The notes under the pieces: generated by a model
What the model was told of the DNA's origin: nothing
The model's input: the letters and a program-made list of their open reading frames with translations, nothing else
Databases searched by the model: none
Shown: positions 9,541 to 19,860 of the stretch, piece by piece
How the letters are laid out: the number at the start of each line of letters is the position of its first letter
How positions within the stretch are numbered: position 1 is the first letter of the stretch
NCBI GenBank assembly: GCA_016180085.1
Contig: JACPBX010000005.1
Location: 1 to 56,648, forward strand
Direction of reading: 5' to 3'
Origin: Candidatus Woesearchaeota archaeon
GTDB taxonomy: Archaea > Nanobdellota > Nanobdellia > Woesearchaeales > UBA10216
DNA: 56,648 nucleotides
Position numbers and translations under genes: made by a program

Positions 9541-9563
9541 CCGTTAAAGCAGGTGCTTTGCTG

Positions 9564-10826
9564 CTAGTTCAGGGCAGAAGCTGTAGGTGGAGCAGCCGCT
9601 TCCTGCTGCCCCGTGCCGTTTGTTGTCTGGTAATTTTTCCCTCTCAGCAGCTCCACAGCCTGCTCGTAAAAGGTTGTCTTCTTGTCCGCCCTTTCAAGCA
9701 GCGACCTTTGCTTGTTTACCTCGTGCTGGACAGAAGGCATTATTGTGTAATCCACTGTCCCTATGACGTTCACGAGCTTTTTTACAGCCTCTGTAGTTGC
9801 TGCGCTTCCGGCCTGCACCACGCCAGTGAGTATCTGGTACGCGTCAGTGACCGCTGTTGCAGTCTCAACAAGCTGCGGCAGCAAATCGTCAGCCTGCCTT
9901 GTTCTCTGGACAAAGGTCAGGAACCTCGTCACGTAAGAATGCACGAGCCGGAGTTCATGCAGCCCCATGCGGACAACATCTTCTTTTGCCCTTACCTGCG
10001 AGCTTTGTTTGTAAGTGTCAACAACCTGCTGGCCCAGGATTTCCAGCACATTTTTCGTTTCCTTCTCAGCCCTTAGCAGGTTGTTAAGCTTTGCCTGCAG
10101 CGGAACGTACTCGGGGCTGTCCATTTGCGTTTGCGCAAGCTGGCTGGACCTGGTTTCGACGGCCTTTTGCGTTTTGGCTTGCCTCGCTTCTTCTTCTGCG
10201 AATTGCGTCTTGGCGCTGTCAAATTCCTTCAGGAGGTCGCTGTCGTAGACCCTGAGCTTTCTGACTATTCCCTCCGAGTGGTTTACCGCCATTCCAACCT
10301 GTTTCTGCATTGCTGCCATGACTGCTATCTCTTCGCTTACGAGCTTTTCGAGCGATGGCACAGGCTGTGGAACCATCCCGTGGAATGCTGTTAGCAGGCC
10401 GCGGGAGGTTGCCTGGTAAAGCGCTGCTTTTGCACTCTCAACTGTTCTCAGGGCGCTGCTTTCGTTCAGCTTTGCATGGTAATTAACCAGGCTTTGCAGC
10501 CTGCCGAGCTCGACCATGTGCTCCATCGCTGCCTGGTAGCAGGCTGGCGCCTTGTTTGCTGACTGGCCTTTTCTGGGGCTTTCTTCGTATAGGTCAGAAA
10601 AATCCGCATCAGGCTCAACGCCTGGCCTTGGCCTTGCTATCACCTTCATTCTGCTGCCAAGCCCTTTCCCGTTGTCGTTATGGCCGTTTTTACCGCCATT
10701 CACGCCAGCTACGCCAGCTCTGCTAGCTCCGCTAACCCCGCTAACCATGTTTCCCACCTCTTTTCCTAACCTGTTCGCTGCATTTAACGCCTGAGCTAGC
10801 TCAACGACCGCCCCTACGTCTGTCAT
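9564..10826 (-). CDS. Hypothetical long coiled-coil protein
   Basis: 420-aa ORF with GGAGGGTG SD, heptad-rich central region; second gene of a two-gene operon. Confidence 0.75.
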   Translation of the reverse strand: MTDVGAVVELAQALNAANRLGKEVGNMVSGVSGASRAGVAGVNGGKNGHNDNGKGLGSRMKVIARPRPGVEPDADFSDLYEESPRKGQSANKAPACYQAAMEHMVELGRLQSLVNYHAKLNESSALRTVESAKAALYQATSRGLLTAFHGMVPQPVPSLEKLVSEEIAVMAAMQKQVGMAVNHSEGIVRKLRVYDSDLLKEFDSAKTQFAEEEARQAKTQKAVETRSSQLAQTQMDSPEYVPLQAKLNNLLRAEKETKNVLEILGQQVVDTYKQSSQVRAKEDVVRMGLHELRLVHSYVTRFLTFVQRTRQADDLLPQLVETATAVTDAYQILTGVVQAGSAATTEAVKKLVNVIGTVDYTIMPSVQHEVNKQRSLLERADKKTTFYEQAVELLRGKNYQTTNGTGQQEAAAPPTASALN

Positions 10827-10895
10827 CTTAACTCACCCTCCACTTGCCTGCACTTGCAGAAACTTGCAACCTCCTGCCGAGTCTTGCTCATTTGC

Positions 10896-11435
10896 TCATT
10901 TCTGTTTAGGCACATCGGCATCCTTGTACTGCTGCTGTTGCTGCTGCAACCGCGGTATTCCCTGGCTGCTGCTGTTTTGCAGCCCGTAAAACTGGTCCAG
11001 CATTGCCTGAAGTTCCCCACCTATTATGCCGCGCTTTGCTTCGTTGCTGATGCCCTGAAACTGCTCAACAACCACGCCTTCCCTTTGTGCCGGGGTGAAG
11101 TTTTCCACGATGTATTCGACTGTCCCGCACACAACCCCGCCAGAGTATCCCTCCATGCAAGGCAAAGAATCTATTTTGTCGCCATGCTTGTATCGCAGGT
11201 AAGCTTCCATGTTTCCGGAAGCGTTCTTCTTTCCCTGGCTGTCAAGCGATTTGTAATTTACAAATCCCTGCTCTATTGGTGCGTTGCCATTCCTTGCCCA
11301 GTTTATCACAGGGTTAAGCACAGCGGTATACAGAAGCCCTCCCGCCACAGTTACCATTGCTGTTCTAACAACCATTGCTCCCAATCCCATCTTCTTCACC
11401 TCTCCTGTTCCTTCCGTTTTCCCATACGTTGACAT
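10896..11435 (-). CDS. Hypothetical N-anchored membrane protein with a poly-Q tail
   Basis: GAGGTG SD; single hydrophobic segment near the N-terminus. Confidence 0.7.
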   Translation of the reverse strand: MSTYGKTEGTGEVKKMGLGAMVVRTAMVTVAGGLLYTAVLNPVINWARNGNAPIEQGFVNYKSLDSQGKKNASGNMEAYLRYKHGDKIDSLPCMEGYSGGVVCGTVEYIVENFTPAQREGVVVEQFQGISNEAKRGIIGGELQAMLDQFYGLQNSSSQGIPRLQQQQQQYKDADVPKQK

Positions 11436-11724
11436 CTTTTTTCACCTCTGCAGCCGCAGCTTTCACAGCAAAATTTTAGCAGCTGTTGCCAATTACAGTG
11501 TGAGGCAGTTTTAACATGCCTTTCGGCGAGAAATAAGCAAAAAATGCGTGGGTTGCGGAAGCTTTGCGGCACCTGCCGGAGATTTTTCCAAAAAAGTTGC
11601 ATTTGTTGGAAATTTTGCAGCATTGCCGGAAGAAAATAAAGCGGCAAAAAGGCAGCAAAGCGGGCTGAAAACCCTGCAGGGAGCAACGAAAAGATTAATA
11701 AGCGCGCGTTCCACCGCCATCATC

Positions 11725-13467
11725 ATGGGCCCGGACAAATTCAGGGAAGCCATTGCTGACCTGCTGAAGCCAGGCATTGGCGTTGAAGCTGCAGAGATAG
11801 ATTCGAAAATCGAGGTTCCCGCAGATGACAGCCTTGGCGATTATGCCTTCCCGTGCTTCTCCCTGGCTAAAGCAATGAAGAAGAGCCCGGCAGCCATTGC
11901 GATGGAAATAGCGGCAGCTATTGGCAATGACGCAGCTAAAAGCCTGCTGATTGACAGGGTCCAACCTGCCGGCCCTTATGTGAATTTTTTTGTGAACAAA
12001 AAAGAGCTGGCAGCTGCGGTGATTGGTGAAGCCAATAAGTCCAGGGATTCCTATGGCAGCGGTAAAAAGACAGGCAAAACCGCAATGGTGGAGTATTTTC
12101 ACGCCAACACGCACAAGGCTGTGCACATTGGCCATGTAAGGAACATCTGCCTCGGGGAGTCGCTTTGCAGAATCCTCGAGTTCAGCGGCAACAAGGTCGT
12201 GAGGGTTAATTACCAGGGAGACATCGGGCCTCACGTTTCGAAGTGCCTCTGGGGCATCCTGAACCTGAAGGATAAAATCGGTTCTCCTCCACAGCAGAAC
12301 CGGCTGCGATGGCTTGGTAACGTGTATGTCGAGGCAAACAAGCTGATTGAAGGCAATGAGCAATTAGAGGGAGAAACAAAGCAGCTGCTGCTGCGGATAT
12401 ACGAAGGCGACAAAGACCTTAATAAATTGTGGAAGGAGACGAGGCAGTGGTGCCTTGATGAATTTAACGAAATGTACAGGGATTTCGGCGTGAAGTACAA
12501 CGAATTGTATTTTGAGAGCGACATGGAATTTGAAGCGCGTAAAATATCCCGGCAGCTGCTTAAAGACGGGATCGCAAGGGAAAGCGACGGCGCGATAATC
12601 ATGAACCTGAAGCCTTACAAACTGGGCGTCTTCGTTCTGCTAACAAAAGACGGCACTGCGCTTTATTCCTCAAAGGACATCGCCCTTGCCAGAAAGAAGA
12701 TGTCAAAATACGCTCTTGACAGGTCAATCCACGTTGTAGGAAGGGAGCAGGAACTTCACTTCAAGCAGCTGTTCAAGACGCTTGAGCTTATCGGCAGCAG
12801 GGAAAAAGAATTCGCTGCTAAGTCATATCACCTGATCTACGGCCTTGTAATGCTCCCGACAGGCAAAATGTCCTCAAGGGCGGGGAGTGTCGTGTTCTAC
12901 GACGACCTCCGCGATGAGCTGCTGTCACTGGCCTCAGCCGAAGTCAAAAAGCGCCACAGCGATTGGAACGAATCCCAAATCGCGGCTGCAGCGAAGAAAA
13001 TCGCCTTTGCCGCGTTAAAATTCGGAATGATTAACAGGGACAACGACAAGGAGCTTGTCTTCGACTGGGAGCAGGCAATGAAGCTGGAAGGAGAAACGGG
13101 GCCTTACGTGCAGTACGCCTATGCAAGGATTTGCTCAATCTTCAGGAAATACGGCAAATCTTTGCCTCAGCCAGACAAAATCGACTATTCGCAATTAGCC
13201 ACAACCGCTGCTGAAATAAAAGTAATCAAGCTAATCAGGGAATTTCCCACTGTTGTTGCAGCTGCAGCAGCCCAGCTGAAGCCGGCTTTGCTGTCCAGAT
13301 ACCTTCTTGACCTCGCGCAGTCATTCAGCAATTTCTACAACGACTGCCCAATCCTCACGGCAGAGGATAACGCCAGGGAAGCACGCCTCTTGCTGTGCTC
13401 AGCTGTCAAGCAGGTGCTTGAGAACGGCCTGAAGCTTCTTGCCATCGATGTGCTGGAAGAGATGTGA
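11725..13467 (+). CDS. argS: Arginyl-tRNA synthetase (likely start ATG 11725)
   Basis: GDYAFPCF N-domain, ANTHKAVHIGH, KMSSRAG, GETGPYVQYAYARICSI. Confidence 0.97.
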   Translation: MGPDKFREAIADLLKPGIGVEAAEIDSKIEVPADDSLGDYAFPCFSLAKAMKKSPAAIAMEIAAAIGNDAAKSLLIDRVQPAGPYVNFFVNKKELAAAVIGEANKSRDSYGSGKKTGKTAMVEYFHANTHKAVHIGHVRNICLGESLCRILEFSGNKVVRVNYQGDIGPHVSKCLWGILNLKDKIGSPPQQNRLRWLGNVYVEANKLIEGNEQLEGETKQLLLRIYEGDKDLNKLWKETRQWCLDEFNEMYRDFGVKYNELYFESDMEFEARKISRQLLKDGIARESDGAIIMNLKPYKLGVFVLLTKDGTALYSSKDIALARKKMSKYALDRSIHVVGREQELHFKQLFKTLELIGSREKEFAAKSYHLIYGLVMLPTGKMSSRAGSVVFYDDLRDELLSLASAEVKKRHSDWNESQIAAAAKKIAFAALKFGMINRDNDKELVFDWEQAMKLEGETGPYVQYAYARICSIFRKYGKSLPQPDKIDYSQLATTAAEIKVIKLIREFPTVVAAAAAQLKPALLSRYLLDLAQSFSNFYNDCPILTAEDNAREARLLLCSAVKQVLENGLKLLAIDVLEEM

Positions 13468-13537
13468 TGGACATAGTGACGACATACCCACGGCAACCCA
13501 CAACATCTTTTTAAAGTTCGCCCGCTTGCCAGAGGTC

Positions 13538-14098
13538 ATGCCGCAGACCTTGGAGTTGGACGCTATTGTTGAAAACCTCCCGCCCCTGTTAAGCAGCGCA
13601 CGCATTATGGCGAACGGCAGACTCTTCACCTATGCCCCTTCGCCTTATGCGCTGGTCACTTGTCTGGAAAGTCGGGCACAGGTAAGGAGCGAACTGCCTA
13701 CGCCTCAGGATTACCGCACATCAGTTGATTTCACTTGCCAATGGCCAATTGCCCAGAGCAGACTCGTGTTTCCCCTGTCCACGAAAGCACGGCAGACCGT
13801 TGCTGACAGAATCTACCCGTCACAGGCAAGCTGGAATGACCGGCTTCGCCAGTATGGCGAATCTCGCGGCCTCAGGGTGCAAGGGGCTGCGCACTTGTCA
13901 TGGCATCACGGGCAGGTTTTTTTCCACCAGAGCACCATGGTCAGGTTTGGAGGGGAACCTACAGAAATTGGACGTGCAGAAATCAGGGCAATCGCTGGGC
14001 TGCTTGCTGAGGTAATCCGCTATGGATGCGTGCATGCCGATGTGCAGTCACAGCGGATAGTCAGTTCAGAAGAGTTCCAACATGCAAGTCGCCATTAG
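13538..14098 (+). CDS. Hypothetical protein (ORFan; likely start ATG 13538)
   Basis: ORF with TTTTTAAAG about 25 nt upstream; no motif recognised. Confidence 0.55.
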   Translation: MPQTLELDAIVENLPPLLSSARIMANGRLFTYAPSPYALVTCLESRAQVRSELPTPQDYRTSVDFTCQWPIAQSRLVFPLSTKARQTVADRIYPSQASWNDRLRQYGESRGLRVQGAAHLSWHHGQVFFHQSTMVRFGGEPTEIGRAEIRAIAGLLAEVIRYGCVHADVQSQRIVSSEEFQHASRH

Positions 14099-14185
14099 AC
14101 CAACCAAAGCACTATGAAGAAGCCATAGCAGCCGAAGCAATCGCAATCCAAAAGCTTTTAAACAGCCAAGGCATTTTCCGTTGTC

Positions 14186-17100
14186 ATGGCAAAATCGCAT
14201 TCGGCACAACATCACGCCCAGCACGCCGTACACGCTGAAACAGAGTTCACGTTCAAAACAACTAAAGACCTTAAGGTCTCGCACGCCCTGATAGACCAGA
14301 TCGTGGGGCAGGAGGACGCCGTCCATGTCATCAGGAAGGCGGCAAAGCAGCGAAGGCATGTGCTGCTTATTGGCGACCCCGGAACTGGGAAGTGTGTCGG
14401 GAAGGATTCCGTAATCCAGCTCTCTGATGGAAGCTTACTGACTGCAGAAGAGCTTGCCCGCCAGCTAAGCGAGGGAAAACAGCCTTACGCCCTGGCAGTT
14501 AACCCGGATCTTTCTCTTTCGCGCAGTAAGATACTCAGGGCAGGAAAAACAGAGGCACAAGCTCTGACTCTAAAGACAAATGGTGGTAAAACCATAACAG
14601 TTAGCTCAGAGCATCCTTTTTTAACAATCAGTGAAAGCGGAATCTCATGGAAGCACGCTGGTGAGCTATCAGAGCGTAGCTTCATCGCCACAGCGCGGCG
14701 TTTAGAGGCTCCTGAGCAGCTTCAGAAGCTTCCCTCTTTGCCACTTCATTACGTCCCCACCAGAAGCCATAGCAATGTCAAGAGCATCACGCTTCCTGAA
14801 TTTTTTAATGAGGATTTTGCTGAATGGTGCGGATATTTATGGTCGGAGGGGTACATTTCCCGCAGGATGTCCCTGGCATTTACTAACAGTGAAGAGGATC
14901 TTATAAAGCGTTTTGCACGCATTAGCAAAAATCTTTTTGGCCTTGAGACTCATATTAGGCACTTCCCTCATAAGAATGCCTTTGTCGCAACCGTCAACTC
15001 AGCTACTTTGGTTCATGCCCTTAAACTTTTGGGCTGGGGGGAAAAAATTCCGGATATAGTCCTCAAAAGTCCTCATGCCATTATGCGTTCTTTCCTTCGC
15101 GCATACTTCGATGGGGATGGAAGCGCAACTAAGCGCGGGTTTGAAGTCACCACCAAAAATCATCGCTTCGCGCTTCAGCTTCAGAGCATGCTCTTGAGGT
15201 TTGGAATTATCTCAGTGCTAAGAAAGCGCCTTTGCCGCGCAACAAACAGCACCATGCAGCCAAAACCATATACCGCCCTGCTTATTTATGACACGCTTAA
15301 TCTTGCAAAGCTTTCAGGCATTGGGTTCAGCATTCCAAGAAAAATGGAACGCCTCCTCCAGTTGCAGGGTAAGAAACCGCAATCCAACATTGATAAGGTG
15401 CCCCATATTGGAAAGCTTATATTTGATCTCAAGGAAAAGCTTCGGTTGACATCCGAGGATTTGGGAATTGGAGTTCACCAATTTCAGAGGTATCTTCAGG
15501 GCACCCGAACGCCTACTCTCGCCACAGTGCAAAAAGCCACCAAGGTATTCTCGCAGAGGTTTGTTGCACTTCGCACAGTTAAACAAAGGATATTGACTGA
15601 CGGAAGTCTTGACCTTGAGCAGCTTTGCCTTGAACTCGGAATTTCAAAAACTGCTCTTGCTCAAAGAACAGGAATGCATCCTCGCCAAATAGAACACGCC
15701 TTTACAGTTCATGACGAATCAATTACGGCATGCATGCAGGCTCTGGTTTCTGAATGCGTGACTGGCGAAATTGAAAACAAGCTTATTGGTCTTTACCAGC
15801 TTGCCAGCGCAGATGTTGTTTGGGAACGCATAACTAAGCTAACCGATTCAGGCGTCCAGGAACTTTACGACTTTGAGGCAGAAAACACACACAACTTCCT
15901 TGCGAATAACATCTTTGTCCATAACTCCATGATGGGAATGGCAATGGCAGAGCTTCTGCCAAGGGAGAAGCTTGTGGATGCGCTGGCTTTCGCAAACCCG
16001 AACGATGAGAACCAGCCTATGATCAGGGTTGTTCCGGCTGGCAAGGGAAGGGACGTTGTAAGCAGCTCAAGGCTGGAAGCAGGAAAGCTGTTCAGGCACC
16101 AGAACGTTGTAATGATTATCCTGCTTGTTACCTCGCTTATCCTCCCGTGGTGGGCTTTCAACCATTACTCAAAGCTTAACCCACTTCTTGGCGGCATAAT
16201 GTTTATGTCGTTCTCGCTTGTGGGACTGGCCTCGCTTGTCTCTTTCATCCTCTTCCTTAACCTCGGAAGGCGCATGGACAACAAGGCAAGGGCGCCAAAG
16301 GTTATTGTCGACAACTTTAACAGAAAGCTTGCACCCTTTTACGATGCAACAGGTGCGCATGCCGGAGCCTTGCTCGGCGATGTTTTGCACGATCCTTTCC
16401 AGTCCGGCGGCCTCGGCACTCCCGCTCATGAAAGGGTAGTTGCAGGCATGATTCACAAAGCCCACATGGGTGTTTTATTCATCGACGAAATAGCAACGCT
16501 TGAGCCAGCCACCCAGCAGGAGCTGCTCACAGCACTTCAGGAGGGGCGTTATCCGATTACAGGCCAGTCTGAAAGGTCAGCTGGCGCAATGGTCAGGACC
16601 GAGCCTGTGCCATGCAACTTTATTCTCGTGGCAGCTGGAAATGTGGAGACGGTTGCGAGGATGCATCCGGCCCTCCGCAGCAGAATCAGGGGCTACGGTT
16701 ACGAGGTTTACATGCGAAACACTATTGAAGACACTCCAGCCAACAGGATGAGGATTGCCCAGTTCGTTGCACAGGAGATTACAAAGGACAGGAAAATTCC
16801 TCATTTCTCTCCAGACGCTGTCAATGAGATAATTATTGAAGCCAAGAGAAGGGCAAACAGGAAAGGCCACCTTTCGCTTTTGCTCAGGGACCTTGGCGGC
16901 CTGGTGAGGGCTGCTGGAGACCTTGCGCTTGAAAAGGGCGCATCAGTTGTTGAGCGGCAGCACGTGCTTGACGCAAAAAGAATCGCGAGGTCGCTGGAGC
17001 AGCAGATTGCTGACAAGCTCATTGAGCAGAGGAAAGAATACGAGGTCATAGTAACCGAGGGCAGGCACGTAGGCAGGGTTAACGGCCTGGCTGTGCTGGG

Positions 17101-17647
17101 AGGAGGGGCAACTTATTCAGGCATCATCCTGCCAATTGAGGCAGAGGTAGTGCCCGGCGGTGAGGCCCGTGAAATAATAGCGACTGGCAAGCTGGGGGCA
17201 ATAGCAAAGGAAGCGGTGAAAAACGTCTCCGCAATCATAAAAAAATATTTTGGCGAGGACATCAAGAAGAAGTATGACATCTACGTGCAGTTCCTCCAGA
17301 CTTACGAGGGCGTTGAGGGCGACTCCGCCTCCATAGCTGTTGCAACAGCCATAATATCCGCATTGAAAGGCATACCGGTAAAGCAGGACTACGCCATGAC
17401 AGGCAGCCTGTCTGTCAGGGGCGAAGTGCTGCCAGTTGGAGGGGTATCTGCAAAGGTTGAGGCAGCGATCGAAACAGGCATCAAAAACGTCATTGTGCCG
17501 AAGAGCAACGTCAAGGACATCATACTTGACAAGGCAAGCGCTTCAAGGATTACCATAATCCCTGTGGAATCAATCATAGAAGTCCTCAGGGAAGCCCTTG
17601 ACTGGAAAGGCAGGGAATCAATCCTGCACAAGATAGTCGGGGCTTAA
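14186..17647 (+). CDS. lonB: Archaeal ATP-dependent protease LonB (intein-containing precursor)
   Basis: Walker A GDPGTGK/S split by an intein, two TM helices, LFIDEI Walker B, EGDSAS catalytic Ser and GGVSAK catalytic Lys. Confidence 0.96.
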   Translation: MAKSHSAQHHAQHAVHAETEFTFKTTKDLKVSHALIDQIVGQEDAVHVIRKAAKQRRHVLLIGDPGTGKCVGKDSVIQLSDGSLLTAEELARQLSEGKQPYALAVNPDLSLSRSKILRAGKTEAQALTLKTNGGKTITVSSEHPFLTISESGISWKHAGELSERSFIATARRLEAPEQLQKLPSLPLHYVPTRSHSNVKSITLPEFFNEDFAEWCGYLWSEGYISRRMSLAFTNSEEDLIKRFARISKNLFGLETHIRHFPHKNAFVATVNSATLVHALKLLGWGEKIPDIVLKSPHAIMRSFLRAYFDGDGSATKRGFEVTTKNHRFALQLQSMLLRFGIISVLRKRLCRATNSTMQPKPYTALLIYDTLNLAKLSGIGFSIPRKMERLLQLQGKKPQSNIDKVPHIGKLIFDLKEKLRLTSEDLGIGVHQFQRYLQGTRTPTLATVQKATKVFSQRFVALRTVKQRILTDGSLDLEQLCLELGISKTALAQRTGMHPRQIEHAFTVHDESITACMQALVSECVTGEIENKLIGLYQLASADVVWERITKLTDSGVQELYDFEAENTHNFLANNIFVHNSMMGMAMAELLPREKLVDALAFANPNDENQPMIRVVPAGKGRDVVSSSRLEAGKLFRHQNVVMIILLVTSLILPWWAFNHYSKLNPLLGGIMFMSFSLVGLASLVSFILFLNLGRRMDNKARAPKVIVDNFNRKLAPFYDATGAHAGALLGDVLHDPFQSGGLGTPAHERVVAGMIHKAHMGVLFIDEIATLEPATQQELLTALQEGRYPITGQSERSAGAMVRTEPVPCNFILVAAGNVETVARMHPALRSRIRGYGYEVYMRNTIEDTPANRMRIAQFVAQEITKDRKIPHFSPDAVNEIIIEAKRRANRKGHLSLLLRDLGGLVRAAGDLALEKGASVVERQHVLDAKRIARSLEQQIADKLIEQRKEYEVIVTEGRHVGRVNGLAVLGGGATYSGIILPIEAEVVPGGEAREIIATGKLGAIAKEAVKNVSAIIKKYFGEDIKKKYDIYVQFLQTYEGVEGDSASIAVATAIISALKGIPVKQDYAMTGSLSVRGEVLPVGGVSAKVEAAIETGIKNVIVPKSNVKDIILDKASASRITIIPVESIIEVLREALDWKGRESILHKIVGA
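14393..15925 (+). mobile_element. Intein (511 aa) with LAGLIDADG homing endonuclease and an extra HTH-like region, inserted in the Lon Walker A
   Basis: Starts CVGKDS, block B SSEHPF, LAGLIDADG blocks WCGYLWSEG and [10 protein letters not shown], ends [17 protein letters not shown] followed by Ser +1. Confidence 0.95.
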
Positions 17648-17691
17648 ACGCTCATAGCGCCCATTTTACGTATAACCACGCCAGCAGCTCT

Positions 17692-18348
17692 TTACACCAT
17701 AGGCTTCTCAGCTGGAAGCGGCTCTATCTTCGCTTCCCTTTTCTTCCAGTCCATAACTACTTGGAACTTGTAAGTCTTGACCTTTCCAGCCTTTTCATCT
17801 TCAATTATGTGGCTCGGCACAGGAAAACCGGATTTTTGCCACCTCTCAAACAGATATGGCCTGTAGCCCATCCACCACCACGCATTGCCGTTTGGAAAAA
17901 CTACAATGCCGTCCTGCCGCGTAACTGAAGTGCCTGCTACAGGCTTGCTGTCAACACCTATCGGCTGAGTTGCCTTGTAGTCAACAACCGGGAATTCCTG
18001 CCCTCCGTAAAGGTTTTCAAAAGGCACAAAAGGATTTTCAGGGATAGCCCAGCTTGAGCTGATGAGACTATGCTCAAGGAAAGAACGCCTCTCAGGGCTT
18101 TCACTTACACCTGGTATGAGCCTCTCTGCTACCGATTCAATGCATTGCTCAAGGCTTTGCTTAACCGTATTGCCTGCTGCTAAGGCCTCCTGTGCCTTGT
18201 TTAGAAAGTGATGGTCCGAAAGGACAATCTGGATGGGAACATCTCTGCTTTTAAGCGCTGCAAAGTAGGCCTTAAGCCCGTCTCTGGCTTCTTTCGGAAG
18301 CAGCCTCGAGACCTTCCATGCACCGATTAGTTCGTAACCCCACATCAA
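17692..18348 (-). CDS. Hypothetical protein (ORFan)
   Basis: 218-aa ORF, GAGGT SD, downstream of 18375-18800 in a likely operon. Confidence 0.65.
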   Translation of the reverse strand: MMWGYELIGAWKVSRLLPKEARDGLKAYFAALKSRDVPIQIVLSDHHFLNKAQEALAAGNTVKQSLEQCIESVAERLIPGVSESPERRSFLEHSLISSSWAIPENPFVPFENLYGGQEFPVVDYKATQPIGVDSKPVAGTSVTRQDGIVVFPNGNAWWWMGYRPYLFERWQKSGFPVPSHIIEDEKAGKVKTYKFQVVMDWKKREAKIEPLPAEKPMV

Positions 18349-18374
18349 GCTTACCTCTGAGTTGAGTTGTAATC

Positions 18375-18800
18375 TTATTTTAAAACAGGTGTGCCGTAGT
18401 TCACGGCAGAATTCAACATGCCCAGAAGCGTTGTCTCACCTTGCGAAAGAATAGTCTCTATTGATTGCCGTAATGCCATCTCAAACTGAGCGTTAGCCTG
18501 GGCAATCTGAGGGTTAGTGCCAGCTTGTGCCTGCATTGCCCCCACTGCATGCTTATGTTGCCTGATTAGCTGCGAAAGACCGTACCTTATGACTTCTTGT
18601 TCGGGTAAGGGAACTTCAAACTTCCCTCGTGCATCCTCCAAAGCTGCTTCCAAGTGCTCAAGCTGCGACCGTTCAAGCAAGCCCAAAAGCAGCCTTTGTT
18701 CAGGTTGTGAGGCTTGCACAAGCTCCCCCAGATTGAGAAAATAGCACAATAAAGATCCATTGACCTCTTCAAGAGCCCTGCCAGTCAGGTCGTCTGCCAT
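18375..18800 (-). CDS. Hypothetical helical protein (ORFan)
   Basis: 141-aa ORF with AAAGGTTTATATAG BRE/TATA about 25 nt upstream. Confidence 0.65.
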   Translation of the reverse strand: MADDLTGRALEEVNGSLLCYFLNLGELVQASQPEQRLLLGLLERSQLEHLEAALEDARGKFEVPLPEQEVIRYGLSQLIRQHKHAVGAMQAQAGTNPQIAQANAQFEMALRQSIETILSQGETTLLGMLNSAVNYGTPVLK

Positions 18801-19053
18801 AGCCCGGTCAGTGAATAAGCAACTATATAAACCTTTCTATTTTCGTAACTATTAAGTAGCATCAATTTTTTGTGCCGATTACCCTTCTAAAATAGTAAGA
18901 AAACCTTTAATATATGCTAGGTTAGAGTCATACAATCACGCTATAAAGGCTACAATAGCACGCGTAGTTAAGTGTAGTTGGGGAGCTACCGCATAGAAAC
19001 TATAGGAACTCGTAATAACGTAATAAAAACCAAAAAATGGGGTGAATCTGGAA

Positions 19054-19731
19054 ATGGTTGGCACAGCAGGTTATTTGCAGCAGACAGGACAGGCGTTGAG
19101 CGATCCTCTGGTAAGGATATGGCAGAGCTTCGTTGACGTTACTCCAAGCATAATTGCGGGTGTGCTTGTAATAGTGTTTGGCTACATACTAAGCTCGCTT
19201 GTTGGCGCGTTGACTCATGCAATCCTCAACGCTGCGAAGATTGACGACCACTTGAGGAAGGCCAGGCTTGCCCATTCCATTGGCTTCATAAGCATCGCCA
19301 ACCTTGGAGGAGCCCTGATAAAGTGGTACATATTTGCGCTGTTCATCATTGAGGCAGCAGGTATCTTCAAGCTCGGTGTTTTGTCAGACCAGCTGTCAAG
19401 GCTTGCAGCAGTATTGCCAAACGTGTTCGCAGCCCTGATTATCGTGCTTGGCGGGCTGATAGTGGCAGACTACGCTGCAGACAGGATGCTTCACGCCAAG
19501 AGGAAAGGCGTGAGGGTCGCCAGTTCAGTCGTAAGGTGGGCGCTGATAGTGGTTGTGATTGTCACAGCCCTGAGCCAGATAGGCGTTGACGTTTCATTTG
19601 TAAGCAACGCCCTGCTGATTCTGGTGGCGGCTATTGGCGTCGGAATAGCAATAGCCGTTGGCATTGGCTTTGGAAACGCTTTCAAGGAAGAGTCCAAGAC
19701 CATCGTCAAGCACCTGAAGAGGAACTGGTAA
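19054..19731 (+). CDS. MscS-related conserved TM-helix membrane protein (CmpX-like)
   Basis: Two repeats of PxIIA.V(L)IV.G..LA...; L.QIGVD..F...LI..A.G.G.AIA.GIGFG; GGGGTG SD before ATG 19054. Confidence 0.8.
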   Translation: MVGTAGYLQQTGQALSDPLVRIWQSFVDVTPSIIAGVLVIVFGYILSSLVGALTHAILNAAKIDDHLRKARLAHSIGFISIANLGGALIKWYIFALFIIEAAGIFKLGVLSDQLSRLAAVLPNVFAALIIVLGGLIVADYAADRMLHAKRKGVRVASSVVRWALIVVVIVTALSQIGVDVSFVSNALLILVAAIGVGIAIAVGIGFGNAFKEESKTIVKHLKRNW

Positions 19732-19860
19732 GGGAAACCTGCCAGCTTTCTTTTTCTTTATTTTTTTATGTTTACCTTCCATTTGCTTTCCTTTATCTTC
19801 TGTAGCTTTGGCAGTTTTGCTGAAAAAGCTTAAAAACATCACGAGTTCCCATGCTGCAAG

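Noticed and set aside
11548-11724. 59-aa N-terminal extension of ArgRS in the ORF track
   Set aside because: It starts at GTG in promoter-like A-rich DNA and has no ArgRS similarity; ATG 11725 fits better.
14186-14240. His-rich Lon N-terminus ([13 protein letters not shown]) as a metal-sensing tag
   Set aside because: It is short and low-complexity, similar to other variable N-terminal extensions in this genome, with no supporting evidence.
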